64,000 nucleotides of DNA from the human T2T-CHM13v2.0 reference genome, Homo sapiens. Made by a program: the position numbers and the translations under genes. Below the pieces are notes generated by a model, which worked only from the letters and a program-made list of their open reading frames with translations, was not told the DNA's origin and did no database searches. The stretch lies in the NCBI RefSeq assembly GCF_009914755.1, contig NC_060930.1; one strand, given 5' to 3'. Of this stretch, positions 18,760 to 36,560 are shown one piece after another (positions within the stretch are counted from its first letter, which is position 1; each line of letters starts with the position of its first letter).

Positions 18760-19060
18760 AGTGGGTTTATTGCAATATGGTTATAATAGTGAAAATCTGG
18801 AATCGGCATGAATGTCGATCAAGAGGGTTGAATAAAATATAGTACACTCATGCTATGGAATATTATGCAGCTATTAAAAAAGCAGGGAAATCTGTATATT
18901 TGGTCTCAGAAGATATCCTCAACACCCTCCTGAAATGAAAAAGAGAAGTTATAGTATAATAAACATGGCCTGTTCCTTTTAAGGACTCTGTATATTTCTG
19001 TTTCTATTTATATACACAAAACAAGAACTTCAGGAAGATGTAGGGTAAGTTGTTATAGTT
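18760..19060 (+). mobile_element. L1ME-type 3' fragment
   Basis: atggaatattatgcagctattaaaaa; ataatagtgaaaatctggaa. Confidence 0.65.
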
Positions 19061-19399
19061 AGCATTTGTTACTTTTCTAGTCAAATTATTAAAATAGAAA
19101 AGTATAGGAGAAAAGCGTTAATAGGTTTTGCATGAGTGGAGGCTGTTACTTAGAGAGCTTGGCCATGGAAGGAAGGAAACGGGGGTGTGTACTTAGGGAA
19201 ATACAGAGTTCAGGGAAGTTGGTGATTTTAGTTTTTTAAAGATGGGAGAGAGAGTGTATTTATGGGGAAGTAGCCACTAGAAGAGAAACCCACTTTTCCA
19301 TCTGTTCTATCCTTATCCTTTCACCCATCTTTCATCCCATCCCTCTTTGCATTCATCCTTCCTCCCTTCTTCCCATGGCAATTAAGAAGGGTGAAAGGT

Positions 19400-19800
19400 G
19401 TAGGGTATATAGCAATAATAAAAAAAAAACACCAGGTGTCTGCTTTTGAGAAGTTGCATTTTAGGGGGAGACAGGAAATGAACAAGTTACAAAAAAACAA
19501 CATAATTGCAGGTAGAGCCTAGGGTTGTGAAGTGACAATGAAGCACAGTGAGGAGCAGATGATGATAGCGGGGGTCGTGTGGGGAGACTTGAGAAAGTCT
19601 CAGGGTGGCTGAGAAAGGCCTTTTTGAGGCCTTTTTGAGGAGCTAACATTTCAGCAGAGGCTGAATGACATGATTTTGTAAAATCTGCAAATTTGATGGA
19701 GGGTTCCTGGCAGAGGGTTCAGCAAGTGTAAGGCCTGAGAACAAGCTTGTCATGGAATGATGGTGCAGGGAATGTCGCAGAGGTAGGCAGGGGCCACTTT
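19400..19800 (-). mobile_element. L2 fragment
   Basis: tgcattttagggggagacagg; gagaaaggcc...gagctaacatttcagcagag; ttcctggcagagg. Confidence 0.6.
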
Positions 19801-20000
19801 TGGAGTAGGGGAGTGCTAGGTTGTGCTATGGAGCTCCTTCCCCTGGGATGGAATGAAGTGAGGAGGGAAAACTTCGCTTTTTAACAGAGTGTAGTCAGCA
19901 CTGCTTACTCATTCCATGGAAGTCTTTTGTTAACAGGTGATCAAGTTCTGGAAATGGGTTAAAAGTAATCCTGTTTCCACAGCACATTCTGTCTCCATGG

Positions 20001-20482
20001 TGACAAAGATTCTTTGCTGGGCCAAACTTTAGTTAGGCTTCTGAGCCTTCTCCTAGGCCTATCTGTGTGCTTCTGGTAAAATCTACTTTTAGCAAAGAAC
20101 CCTGCTAAGTCAGTTTGGCAAAACCACTCCCCTCCCATCTAGACATCGGACTAGGTTTCTCATCCTCCACCATTGCCCAGGTAATCATCCCCCAGTTCCA
20201 ATCACCCTGGACTGGCTTCAGCAAGAATCCTGCTAGGTTGGTTTAGCCAGAATTCCCTTAACCCCTGATGCTTTCTCTTAGTAATTTTCCATCCACTGAC
20301 CCTCATGCTGTTCCTTAGCTGTAAATTCCCACTTGTACATGCTGTATTCTGAGTTGAGCCCAATCTCTCTTCCCAGCTACAAGAACCCATTGCAGTGGTC
20401 CCTATACCTATCGTGCTGGTCCTGAATAAAGTCTCCCTCACTATGCTTCAAGAAGTATCATTGAATATTTTTATCTTTAACA
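20001..20482 (+). mobile_element. ERV1 solo LTR, MER31-like
   Basis: tgacaaagattctttgctgggccaaactttagttaggcttctgag...gaataaagtctccctcac...tctttaaca; TG...CA termini and AATAAA. Confidence 0.75.
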
Positions 20483-23400
20483 GTGATTAAAGTAAACATT
20501 CTGCCTTGGCAACTTTTGTTTTTCTTTTGCTCCATGTGTCTTGAAAGCAAACTGTATAAATAATATTGTGTCAATTTTATTTTGGTCATCTGATCAGAAT
20601 TGTCTTTTTTCCCCATAGTGTAATTGATATGAAAAGCATGTACTGTAATTTAAATGCAAATATCTCCTTGGGTCCAGATACATTTCCCAAAGTTTGAAAG
20701 TGGAAATTGCTTCCCAAACAAAGCCAAAAGTGTATTTAGGATTAATATGCACATGTGGAGCTTATACAACTGTATCAGCATCATTGCTTTCAGCTTCATT
20801 AAAAATGGATTAATATTCCATGGTGTTTGAGGTTAGTTTCTATTGAAGGTCTGCATGCTTCACAGTGTTATGCACTCACCTTTGAAAAATCTTATTGTTT
20901 CTTTCTAAAAAATTGGGATTAAAAATTGGGATTTCTAGGTGGTCCTCACTAGAACAGTGCCGTAGAATGCATAGGGGCTTCCACAGGGCTCCTTGTAAAC
21001 AGGGTTCTTGTTGAAAGGTGGGGTGCTTCACAGTGTGTCCAGCAGCCAGGAATGATACACAGCATGGGGGATGTGCGATACAATCCTTACATTCAAATAT
21101 TGAGAGCATGAAGAATCATCTCAGCCAACGATATCTGTGGGAATGTTACAGATCTTCCAGGTGGCTGGCTGTTAGGATTTTTTTTTTTTTTCCTGAGGTG
21201 CTGGTGCTGTGGTTAGGTAGCTTTGAGAAGTATCTACTATTATCTATAACATTTTTTCAAGCATTCTTATTTGAAATGTTCTTGTAACAAAGCACCTGAC
21301 TTATGATGAGACTTTACTTTAAGATGGGCTCTGGTTTTCATGCAATACTTTTCCAGATAAATAATCCCAAGTGCATTATCAATACAATGCCGTTAGGACT
21401 TATAACATTCCAGATGCTGCCACTGAAGATAACATTTGCAATTATCCTGCTTTTTGAGTAAGGCTTATATAAGACAAATTAATTATGCATTTTCTTTTCT
21501 TTCTTCTTCAAATGCAATCACACTCTTTTTACTACCTGATACCACCTGCTTTATAGCTCCAGGGGGGAAAAGTTAAATTCCATTTGAAGTAAGACTACAA
21601 AGCTTCATATTATCATGCAAAGGCCTCAGCTTCATAGCAGCCTATGCATAGGGTCTCTATGACACCTGGGGGTGCTCTAGGCAGACACAATGTTTACTAG
21701 AGTAAAACAGACATTTTGTAGAGTCTGGAGAGAACCCAGCCAAGAAGCTACGCTTTCCTTTCAACAACCCAGAATTCTACGACTTTTGCACTGAAGCAAA
21801 ATAGAGACCAGAGAACCCACAAAATGGGAGTACTGAGTCCAGCTCAGCACACCCAGAGGCAGCATCTTGAAGTATCAGGAGGTGCAGCAGATGTTTTATA
21901 GATCCCTGCAGCAGAAAATATAGGACTACAGAACCACTTTGAACTTAAAGTATTGACTTTGAACAGATGCAGGTGCAGAGACAATGTTTATATATGAATT
22001 CTTATAGACAAGAATTCTTATATGAATTCTTATTCATAATAATTGCTGAGATATCTATACATAAAGAAGTGCTCATAGCATTGCAAATCATAGCCCACAG
22101 GAACAAAAGAGTATCAGTGGGAAATGCAGAATTGTAATGGTAAAGGAAATGAAACTCGGGACAAGAATGAAGCAGGAACACTTTCCTCAGCTATCTGGCT
22201 AAGAGTTGTACAAATTCCTGTTGTGTGGTTTGTTATATGTGTAAATGTGCTAAAGGGAACTCTTTAGTACACTACTGTATTGCATTCTTCCATAGTGTGT
22301 ACTTAGACATTTTCAAAGTACCCCTTTGCTGTCTTCATAAAGTGTCAAGTTAATGAAACTTTTTTAGGTGTGTAAAGAATCTGAATTGGTTGGATTCAGG
22401 TTCAGGTGCTCAGAGTGGGTGTATATCTCTAGGTTAATTAGCTGAAAGTGAGTTCATTGAAATTAATTACTCAGAAATTGGTTTGCCAAAAGACGTTTCA
22501 CCAAATGGTTAATTGGCAAGGAAGGCATGTCAAGGGTAGTATAAAAGAGGTTTTTTTTTTTTTTTTTAAATTTGTTTTCAATCCGGTCTATTCTCCATCT
22601 CTTAATTCACATGTTGTCAGCTACCTTAATCAGATTAATGCTTTGTATATGTTTCAGTATCTTAAAATTTCTCACTTGTCTGACATGGCAATAATGCACA
22701 TAGCTGCTATTTCATAGGCCTCCACAGCTCCTGGCATGGGTGCCCAGGTGGTGGTGACATCACCGGTGCAGGGAAGCTGAGCAGAGAAGGTTGGTGGGGG
22801 AGATTCAGGAGTTTCATTCATGGGGTGATGAATTTGGGTTTGGGCAGAATCATGAAATTCATTTTGTCTTATCACTGTGTACGGCTTTTCATTTTATTTT
22901 GTGTTGAGGAAACACATAGATGTAATTTTCACAATCTTTTGTAATTTGATATAGCATTCCTTTTGTATAGATGGGAAGGAAATTACATTTTTCTCTTTTT
23001 TGGAACTCTTGAAATTTATCATTTTTATTTTCTCTTTTTTCTCACACGAAGATATATAAATCTTAATAAGGAGTAACCCAAATGTATATAACATTGCATT
23101 GTTATCTCCTTTTCTCTGAAATGTTGGTGTATATTCTCATTTCTTTCTGTTTGTATTTCACGTATTTATGTGGATGTGCTAAGTAAGGTAAAGTACTATA
23201 CAAATGTGGCCTATAATTACCTTAGATGTTACTCACATTTAACAATTACCAGCCAATCAGATAATAACAAGCATTTACTGAATTCTTTCAAAGTTCAAAA
23301 CATTTTATTAGGTACTTGGGGCTACATATAGAGGAATAGACATAGCCCAAGACCTCAAAAAACCCTTTGGAATTGAGAAGCACGATACACAAACTTGTAA

Positions 23401-23954
23401 TCAAAATAAATTATTTTTTTGTCCAGTGACGCTTGAGATAATTTGAGGCTTGAGATAATTTAAGCTGTGAGTTATGGTCACCAGGTAAGTCATTTACATG
23501 GAACTCAATAGAGTTTGGGGAGCACTCTTTCTCCTTTTAACATTCAGAGAGAAATATTCAGTTGCAAAACAGCAGCTGGAGGCACACTGAAGTTGGATAC
23601 CTATGGGGCAGTTTGGCTGGATTGGAATTAAAATTCTGTTAGACCCCAAGGATGATAATGGTAATGCAACTGAAGTTGCCGTACAGACACTGATCTTTAA
23701 ATCCCATTTGCAGACAAATTTTGCTTGCAGCCACCAGATACAGGTATTAGAATGATTAAATATCTATTGCTAAAAATAAAGAGCCCAAAGACCATATTAA
23801 ATTTGCTGTCTGTCCAGGTGATCAATGCAAAGCCTCCAAAATCATACAACAACATGAAACAATGGCCACTATTACCCTTATAAAAAGAGTCACATGCTCT
23901 GTGGATCACTTTGGAGGATCTTTAGGGGACCTCAAGCAAGTGTTTTCTAGTAAG

Positions 23955-24550
23955 TTATTTATTTATTTGAGTTGAGCATCCACTATGTGTCAGATACTGT
24001 GCTAGGTAGTGGGTTTTTAGGATGAATATGATGCACTCCTGCTGCTGAAAGGTTAAAGTCTTTGGGGGGACAATCACTAATGAAAATAAGTCAATGCAAG
24101 GTAAGCAGGACCATCACAGGGACATGGATGCAAGGATATGGGACCATGGAAACTGGGGAAACTGCCTGGGAGACTTGGGAAGTCGATAAGGAAATGATTT
24201 TAAAAACACAAAGTTCTAATAATTTGCTTAACCAATTTTCTTTTGTTTCCACATTTGAGTTGTTTCTGAGGTCTGATATAAATATTTCAAGGAACATATT
24301 TATGCATATACCTTTTATGTATGCTTTAGATTATTTCCTTTGAATAATCTGCAGACATAAAAAGACCATGTTAAAAGGTTATGAAAAAAAACTAAGTATC
24401 TTGTACACATTTTCAAATTGTTTTTCAAAAGGGCTCTATCAATTATCACTCCCACTCAGTTATGTAGGAGAATACACATTTTAATAAATTCTTACCAACA
24501 CTGGGTAGTATAAATTTCAAGCTTTGCCAATTAATAGGCAAAACCTTTAG
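23955..24550 (-). mobile_element. L2 3' fragment followed by an L1ME fragment
   Basis: ttgagcatccactatgtgtcagatactgtgctagg (L2); ccaacactgggtagt...tttgccaattaatagg (L1M). Confidence 0.55.
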
Positions 24551-24564
24551 TTCCATATTATTAT

Positions 24565-24891
<327 letters not shown>

Positions 24892-25289
24892 TAAAGTGTT
24901 TCTTTAGAGTTTGGGTGCATAAGTATTTTTAATATCTTTATTAAAGTCTGATTTCATATAAAAAGCTCACCTAATTTATTTGTGCAGACTAGAAAATGTA
25001 CATTTGAAAATGCATACAGTCATGTAACAACCAACACAGACTTAAAACATTCCTGTTACTCCCAAAAGTAACTACTCGTCTCTTTTCTGTCACTGTACTT
25101 TTGCCATTTCTAAAATTTCATATAAATGGAATCATATTATATATAGTCTTATGTGCCTGCTTCTTTCACTTAGCATACTGTTTTTGAGCCAATATTGTTT
25201 TATTGCAAATTTTTAAATTATTTTTGGAGTTAAATACTTTTTCACGTACTTTTCAATCAGTTGTTTGGAGGAGGTAATATTTGGTATTA

Positions 25290-26050
25290 AAGAAGGATCA
25301 AGAATTTCCCAAGTGAAACTGGGGGAGAGAATTAAAGATTGTAAAAACTATATCATATAAAAGCAAGGCTCATAAAAGGCTTGACAAATCCAGGGAATCG
25401 TAAAAAGTTCAGCCGCCAGGAGTTTGAGGATGTTTCTTGGGAGGATTGGAAGAGGAGTTTACACCAATGGGGATAGATTGTAAAGGGCCTTAAGATGATT
25501 CCCCCTTTTCCCCTATAGGCAGTTGGGATTTCACAGAACCTATAAGGAGGTCATTGACTTTTTTCCTTGGTTTGAATATCATTCTAGTGACAACAAAGGT
25601 AGAAATGAATAGGGAGAAACTTGAATCATACAGAACAAGTTGGAGGCTATGCAGAAGATGCATTATTTCAGGAACACTTAGGAAATGGAATCAGCAATTT
25701 GGAAATAAAATCAATGTATAAGGATAGGAAGAGAGATAAATTAGGAATGATATTGAATTATCTAGTTTGGCAGACTGGTTGCATAGTTAATTTATTAGTT
25801 GCGTCAAAAATATTGGATGCGACCACATGTAGGAGAAAAGATAACTAGTTCTATTTATACGTTGAGTTTGCAGAGTCTGCAGTAGTTGGCACTTTGAATT
25901 TTGAGTCTAAAGCTAGGACTACAATTGTGGGCTAGAGATATAAATTTGAGAGTCACTGGTTATTAGCAGGAAAATATATAGAATCGTGCAATCTGAGTAG
26001 AGTGAAAATAGAAGCAACAGAGGATAGAATCTTGGGCAACTTCATCACTG
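25290..26050 (-). mobile_element. L2 fragment
   Basis: gggctagagatataaatttgagagtca; agattgtaaagggcctt; gaggatagaatcttggg. Confidence 0.55.
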
Positions 26051-26129
26051 AAGAGCCTTACTGATTTAGTGCAACCTATTACTTGCTGAGAGGTCCTGAT
26101 TTTGTGTTCCAAGACAGCCTCCCCCATAT

Positions 26130-26602
26130 TACCCAAGGATAAATATGTAACAGTCTAAGCTCATCTTGATAGTTTCATTCCCCTTATCAGTGACTGTATT
26201 AGGGTAGGGCATTTGGCCCAGTTCTGGCCAATGACACATGAAAGGTAATAGGAAGGAATAGATCTTTGTCTGCTAGATATTGTTCTGTGTGGACTTGATG
26301 ACTAGAACAGTAGCAGTTATCTTGTGATCATGAGGGAAGAGCAGAGACACAGCTGACAAGCAAAGCATGCCAAGCAGAAAGATGAGAAGAACCTGTGTGT
26401 TTTATGACGTCACTTGCATCAACCAGTTCTGGAGCTATCCAACCTAGGACCTGTTATGTGAGACAATTGATTTTCCTTTTTATTTAAGCCAGTTGAGTTG
26501 GAATTTATATTACATGACGTTGAAAGTTGATTTTCCTTTTTATTTAAGCCAATTCAGTTGGGATTCATATTATATGAGGTAGAAAACATCCAAAATGATA
26601 CA
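26130..26602 (+). mobile_element. MLT1 (I/J/K-like) LTR with a 60-bp internal tandem duplication
   Basis: ccagttctggccaatgacacatg...tttaagccagttgagttgg...catccaaaatgataca. Confidence 0.65.
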
Positions 26603-27796
26603 TCATTCTAGGTAATTACATATGTATCATGTCTGTAAAAATCTATACTGTTAATGTACAGTGCTCAAAACATATGGAAATATCTTGCAAGTAAGATTAT
26701 ATCATGAAACATCAGGGCCAGGGATAAATTAAGGCATATTATTGACATCTTTACTAAAATTACATATAGAAAGCTATTTTATCATTGCATTTTAACTTTA
26801 ATGGCACCATCTACATGTATGAAATTAATTGCAATTCTTAATAGAAGAGGTGATTTCTGTGGATAGATTTTCATTATTAAGGAAAAGGAATGAAACCATT
26901 CACTGATGTATCATTTTAATTCTTATTTCGTTCCTCTGATGAGGTAGTCTCAAGAATGGGGAGTGGGTATCATCGCTTGAGTCAAATGTACTACCCTATA
27001 GGCACTTCATAGGCACTTCATTCCTGTTAGGTGAAATCAGAATCTCTTGGATGAACAGATAGCATCATTTTTCTTGAGGAAGACTCTAGATTGCGCACCC
27101 AGGACCTTCCTAAAGAAGTTTCCTAGGTGATTTGAAATAAAGAATGAAGTGCAGTGAAGAAGATTCTATTAACAGCACTTGCGATCTAAAATTAAGTGAG
27201 CAAAGCAGTTCTGTAAATCCTTGTTGAATAGACTAACGGAGGTGCACTTGATACTTCTATAAGTATGGCTGCTGTCACAAAGACTGAACTTTCTCAGCAA
27301 GCACAAAAGTTTCTGTAGATATGAGCCCCTGTCAATACATCTATGTCAATGTACTTTTACCAGGGACTTTCCTACTTTGTAGAAATCAAATCAGAGAGAT
27401 ATTAGGACATCAAAGAAGCTCACCACTCCAGATGGTTGATAAAGTCTGAATGCAGTCCTTTTCACCCTGTAGTGCCATTTTCTGCAACTAGCCCTAACTC
27501 AACAGCTGTACATGATCAAAGCAACAGAAGGGAATACTTGACATATTCATAAACAGAAAATATTTATGAATGCCCAGGGGCACAAGTGAGCATCTGAAAG
27601 TTAGTATGATATCAGATACCATGAGTGCAAGGCATTATATTGGACATTTTTATTCTTCTACGCACAGCATGTCTTTTAACTTACAGTAATTTAACCGATG
27701 ATATGCTCCAAAGGTAATGAGTTTACTTACATTATGAACAGAGATGAGATGCCGATTTTTGACTGTGTACACACTCTCTGGACTGATCTTACTGAT

Positions 27797-28248
27797 TGCT
27801 GTAGTTTAGATATGTGACCCTTCAAACTTCATGTTGAAATTTGATCCCCAATGTTGGAGGTGGGGCTTACTTGGAGGTGTTTGGATCATGGGGGCTTGAT
27901 GCCATCCTCGCGGTAATGAGTGAATTCTTACTCCATTAGTTCTCCTGAGAATCCTTCCTCTCTCTGCCTCCCAGAGCTGGTTCTTTTAAGGAGCCTGGCA
28001 TCTCCCTTCTCTCTATCTCTCTCGCTCCCTCTCTCTCTTTCTCTCTCACTGTCTCTCTAACCATGTGATCTGCACACACTGGCTCCACTTGCCTTCTGCT
28101 GTGAGTGGAAGATTCCTGAGGCCCTCATTAGAAGCAGATGTTTGCGCTCCTTATACAGTCTGTAGAACCACGAGCAAAATAAACCTATTTTCTTTATAAA
28201 TTTTCCAGGCTTCGGTGTTTTTTTTAGCCACAAAAATGGGCTAAGACA
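27797..28248 (+). mobile_element. MaLR solo LTR, MSTB-like
   Basis: tgctgtagtttagatatg...aataaacctattttctttataaat...gctaagaca; TSD ctgat / ctggt. Confidence 0.88.
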
Positions 28249-28782
28249 CTGGTGGTGGTATAACCACTTAGAAGCCACACTGCTCATCTTCTCTCTCATC
28301 TTCCTCTGTACTATTCAGATCACTTATGCCACTAGCTGCCAAATAAAGGGCTCTGAAGAAAGTCCTATATAGAAATCAGTTTTCTCAGACTTGCATGCAG
28401 AAGTGGCTAGACAATTTCTGCCCAAATGCAAAACATAACTTCAATGTATTAAAAATGATGATGATTATTAGTTCAGACTGGAGTTGATTTCTTGGACAGA
28501 TTGGAATAAATACCCTTAGGAGGAAACTGGGACATAAAGAGCTTGGAGCAGATGGGGAGGAGCAAACCAGGCTCAGAGAAATGTGACAAAGTGAAGGTGA
28601 CTGTGGGAAGGACATACACAGGAAAGAGCAGGAACTTCCCTTGGACTGGTTGCTAAAATCTCAGCATTGGCATCTCATTCTCTTACTACACTTTTTTCTG
28701 TCTTTCCAGCTCATTCCCTCTAGGACTCCAACTCCAACAATTCTTTTAAACAATTATAACATCTCCTCCCATCCATTGATTC

Positions 28783-28982
28783 TATGGTGTGCTGGTAAAT
28801 GTTTAACAACCCGCATCCTGATAAAAATAAAAGCACCCAAATTTGGAACATTTGCTGATTTCTGTCATGTAAATACTCCTGCCATGGCCAATTTCAACTA
28901 TTGACCTGAAGGCTTTGAAGACAGTGTTGGGTCGAGATATGGCTCTCCTGAGTAGGTGTGAGTCAGCTCCAGAACATTTCTG
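28783..28982. mobile_element. hAT DNA transposon, MER63-like
   Basis: ggtgtgctggtaaatgtttaacaacc...cagctccagaaca; degenerate terminal inverted repeats. Confidence 0.65.
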
Positions 28983-29498
28983 CAAATGAACCCATTACTT
29001 TTTCAGTGTCTCACCTCCCTTACCCACGCCCCTCACCCCCACACTCCTCCACTTCCAGCTTGGCCCTCATTGCCTTCCTTGCTTGGTTAAATTTACTGGG
29101 TCATCAACATAATCACGCCCTTGTATACCTCAATTCCGTGAAACATTGCATATTCTTCTTTATTGAACAAAGCTCATTGTGCTTCAGTTGTTTAAGTCTC
29201 TGCTTTCCCATTAGACAATAAATTTTGAAGAATGCATCTTTTAATTTTTGAGGTCTTATTGCTTACCATATTGCTGAGCTTATAGCAATTGCTCAATGTA
29301 TATTTCATAAATGAATAAATGACTAAATTACAAAGACAACTTAGGAGGAAAATATGCTCAAAAATGAAAACCAGTCAGTAAAATAAAAAAAAAATTGGAG
29401 ATAAAGAGAATATAAACATGGAGAAAGAGAGAGAGAGAGAAGGTTAGAAATCCTGACTGTACAAGAGATGAAAGGATGCTCACATAACTAATTGAAAA

Positions 29499-29500
29499 TT

Positions 29501-29548
<48 letters not shown>

Positions 29549-29808
29549 GCTTTCTTTCTTGCTTTCTTTCCTTTTCTTTCTCTTCTTTCTTTCTCTCTCT
29601 TTTCTTTTTCTTTCTTTTTTTCTCCCCTTCCTTCCCTTTCTTCCTTCCTTCCTTCCTTCCTTCTCTCTCTCTCTTTCTCTTTCTTTCTTTCTTGAGAAGA
29701 GGTCTCACTATGTTGCCCAGGCTGGTCTCACACTACCTAGCTCAAGTGATCCTCCCACCTTAGTCTCCAAAGTGTTAGGATTACAGACACGAGCCACTGT
29801 GCCCAGCC
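29499..29808 (-). mobile_element. FLAM_C / Alu monomer with tail expanded into a ~190-nt (TTTC)n/(CCTT)n tract
   Basis: Monomer 29691-29808; (TTTC)12 begins at 29499; flanks actaattgaaaattt / actaactgaaaaattt. Confidence 0.85.
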
Positions 29809-29983
29809 TTGACTAACTGAAAAATTTCATGATATGGACTTGTAGGAGCACTAAGAACCTGAGAAAAAGGCACATTTATGTTGTTTGAGGTAGAAAATAG
29901 ACTTTCAAGAAATGATAAAAATAGCAGTGAAACTTCCCATTTTTAATTTGCCCCCATATTATCTCTTGGTAATTCAGCATTTT

Positions 29984-30266
29984 TTTTAAGAGGCAGTGCT
30001 TTGCTCTGTCACCCAGGCTGGAGTGCAGTGGTGCTCACTGCAGCCTCTAAGTCCTGGGCTCAAACAATCCTTCAGCCTTAGCCTTCCAAGTAGCTGCGAC
30101 TACAGACACATATTCCACCAAGCCCAGATAATTTTTTTTTTTTTTTGCAGAGATGGGGTCTGGCTATGTTGCTCACGCTAGACTTCAACTGATGGCCTCA
30201 AGTGATCCTCCTGTCTCAGCCTCCCATAGTGCTGTGATTACAAGTGTGAGCCACCACATCCTGGTC
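29984..30266 (-). mobile_element. AluJ
   Basis: Perfect 14-bp TSD taattcagcatttt (29970-29983, 30267-30280). Confidence 0.9.
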
Positions 30267-30299
30267 TAATTCAGCATTTTAAAAGGACTTTGTTGACCA

Positions 30300-31045
30300 T
30301 GTCTCACGATGATTAAGTTTGCAGATGATATATAGAGAGAATGGATGGAATATTGGAGGATAGCATTCTAAAGGGATTTCAACAAGTTTGGAGAATGACT
30401 TGATCGAAATAACAAGATATTTAACATGACATTTGTGAAGTCCTAGACTTAGATAGCTAACTACACAAGGATAGAATAGCTTAAACAGCAGCATATGTGA
30501 CAAACAAAAAAGGAAGATTAGTAAGCCTTCCAGTATGAACCAACGGTATAATCTGGATACGTAAAAAAGTCGTTGCAATGTGGAGTTACATTTGTAAGTG
30601 TTAGTCATGTCTGCTTGGCTATTTCTAGCTTATTGTATTCCATTATGGTTGTCACATTTTAAAAGGGATAGTGAGAGAAGCAACCAGCAGGATGAAGGGA
30701 CTCAAGCATGTCATGAAAAGTTAAGCTGAAATAATGGCTTGGGGCACGAAAACATTTAGTGGACATATTGGGTCTCTTCGTTAATATCATAGACTCACAT
30801 ATTGAAGACCCATGACACTTATTCTTCCAGGAAGAAGCTTATAACAAAAGGGGTTTCAACTTAATGTAAAGGTTGATCTAATATTGAGCTGTGTGAAGAT
30901 ACACCTTCACTCAACTGCTCTGGAAGGCAGTAGATGTTCTTTGCTCTAAAGGGAGTTTAGAGGTTGGACAATCACTTAGTGGAGGTTCTGCAGAGGGACA
31001 CCAAGCTCTGCGAGGGGGGTTTAACTAGAAATTCTAAATGAGACT
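30300..31045 (+). mobile_element. CR1/L3 LINE 3' fragment
   Basis: aagtttgcagatgat (KFADD) at 30315-30329; cacattttaaaagggata; L3/MIR3-type 3' end. Confidence 0.65.
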
Positions 31046-31228
31046 CCCCATTACCCCTCCCAGCCTCTGGTAATCATCAGTCTACTCCCTCTCACACCCC
31101 GCTGCCTCCTGCTACCACTGAAAGTGTGCTCATGTCCCAGATGGATCCCCACTTCACGTTGGCCCTGTGAGGCATGTAGCACTCTTCTTATGGCATCTGG
31201 AAGTAATAAAAGACCTCTGTTGGCATTC

Positions 31229-35618
<4,390 letters not shown>

Positions 35619-35619
<1 letters not shown>

Positions 35620-36094
35620 TAGCATTCGATCTATTTTGTTAACTTTTTCAAAAAACCAGCTCCTGGATTCATTGATTTTTTGACAGGTTTTTCATGTCTC
35701 TATCTCCTTCCTTCCTTCTCTGATCTTAGTTGTTTCTTGTCTTCTGCTAGCTTTTGAATTTGTTTACTCTTGCTTCTCTAGTTCTTTTAATTGTGATGTT
35801 AGGGTGTTGATTTTAGATCTTTCCCACTTTCTCCTGCTGGCATTTAGTGCTATAAATTTCCCTCTACACACTGCTTTAGCTGTGTCCCAGAGATTCTGAT
35901 ACATTGTGTCTTTGTTCGCATTGGTTTCAAAGAACTTGTTTATTTCTGCCTTAATTTACTTATGTACCCAATAGTCGAGCAGGTTGTTCAGTTTCCATGT
36001 AGTTGTGAGATTTTGAGTAAGTTTCTTATTCCTGAGTTTTAATTTGCTTGCGCTGTGGTCTGAGAGACTGTTCATTATGATTTCCATTCTTTTG
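35619..36094 (-). mobile_element. Inverted L1PA7/8-like ORF2 fragment
   Basis: Its reverse complement aligns by eye with 33325-33807 of the adjacent element. Confidence 0.9.
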
Positions 36095-36099
36095 AAATG

Positions 36100-36560
36100 C
36101 GTTATCATTTCTAATAGTTTTTCAGTTGATTGCATTGGATTTTCTTAATATTATATCATTTGCAATAATGACAGTTTTGCCTTATCCTTTTGTTGTTTAT
36201 AAATATAATTTATTTATTTAATGTTACTACATTGGCTAGAATCTTCAAAGTAATATTAAATGGTGATAGCAGGCACATTTTCCCTCTTGACTTCAATGAT
36301 AATATTTCTAATATTTCATCAATAAGTATAAAGTATAATATACATATATGTATATAATTTAGCCAATCTCCTCATACTAATCATTTAGGTTGTTTCCAGT
36401 TATTTATTTACATAAATCATGAAGAAGAAATATTCATGCTCATCTCTTTATACGTATGTGCAAGTATTTTTGTAAAATAGATTCCAGGTTTCTGGGTCTA
36501 AGAATTTACACATTTCAGAATCTGATGGACACTGCCAATTGCTTGCTGTCACCATTCACA
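36100..36560 (-). mobile_element. L1ME-type fragments
   Basis: atatcatttgcaataatgacagttttg; catttaggttgtttccagtt. Confidence 0.6.

Noticed and set aside
21700-21870. Short frame ESGENPAKKLRFPFNNPEFYDFCTEAK with an NLS-like PAKKLR
   Set aside because: Closed by stops on both sides, weak acceptor and no homologue I can name; only a tBLASTn hit would revive it.
22718-22780. Possible + strand terminal exon ASTAPGMGAQVVVTSPVQGS*
   Set aside because: Only a moderate acceptor, no recognisable protein and no supporting upstream exons.
23431-23464. Short tandem duplications (17-mer x2 here; 11-mer x2 at ~26998; GAATTCTTA x3 at ~21996-22032)
   Set aside because: Ordinary slippage duplications with no repeat-spacer organisation, so not CRISPR-like.
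31100-31228. Possible processed-pseudogene 3' end (AATAAA at ~31205 just before the L1)
   Set aside because: No poly(A), no ORF and no recognisable parent; the A-run is better explained as the L1 target site.
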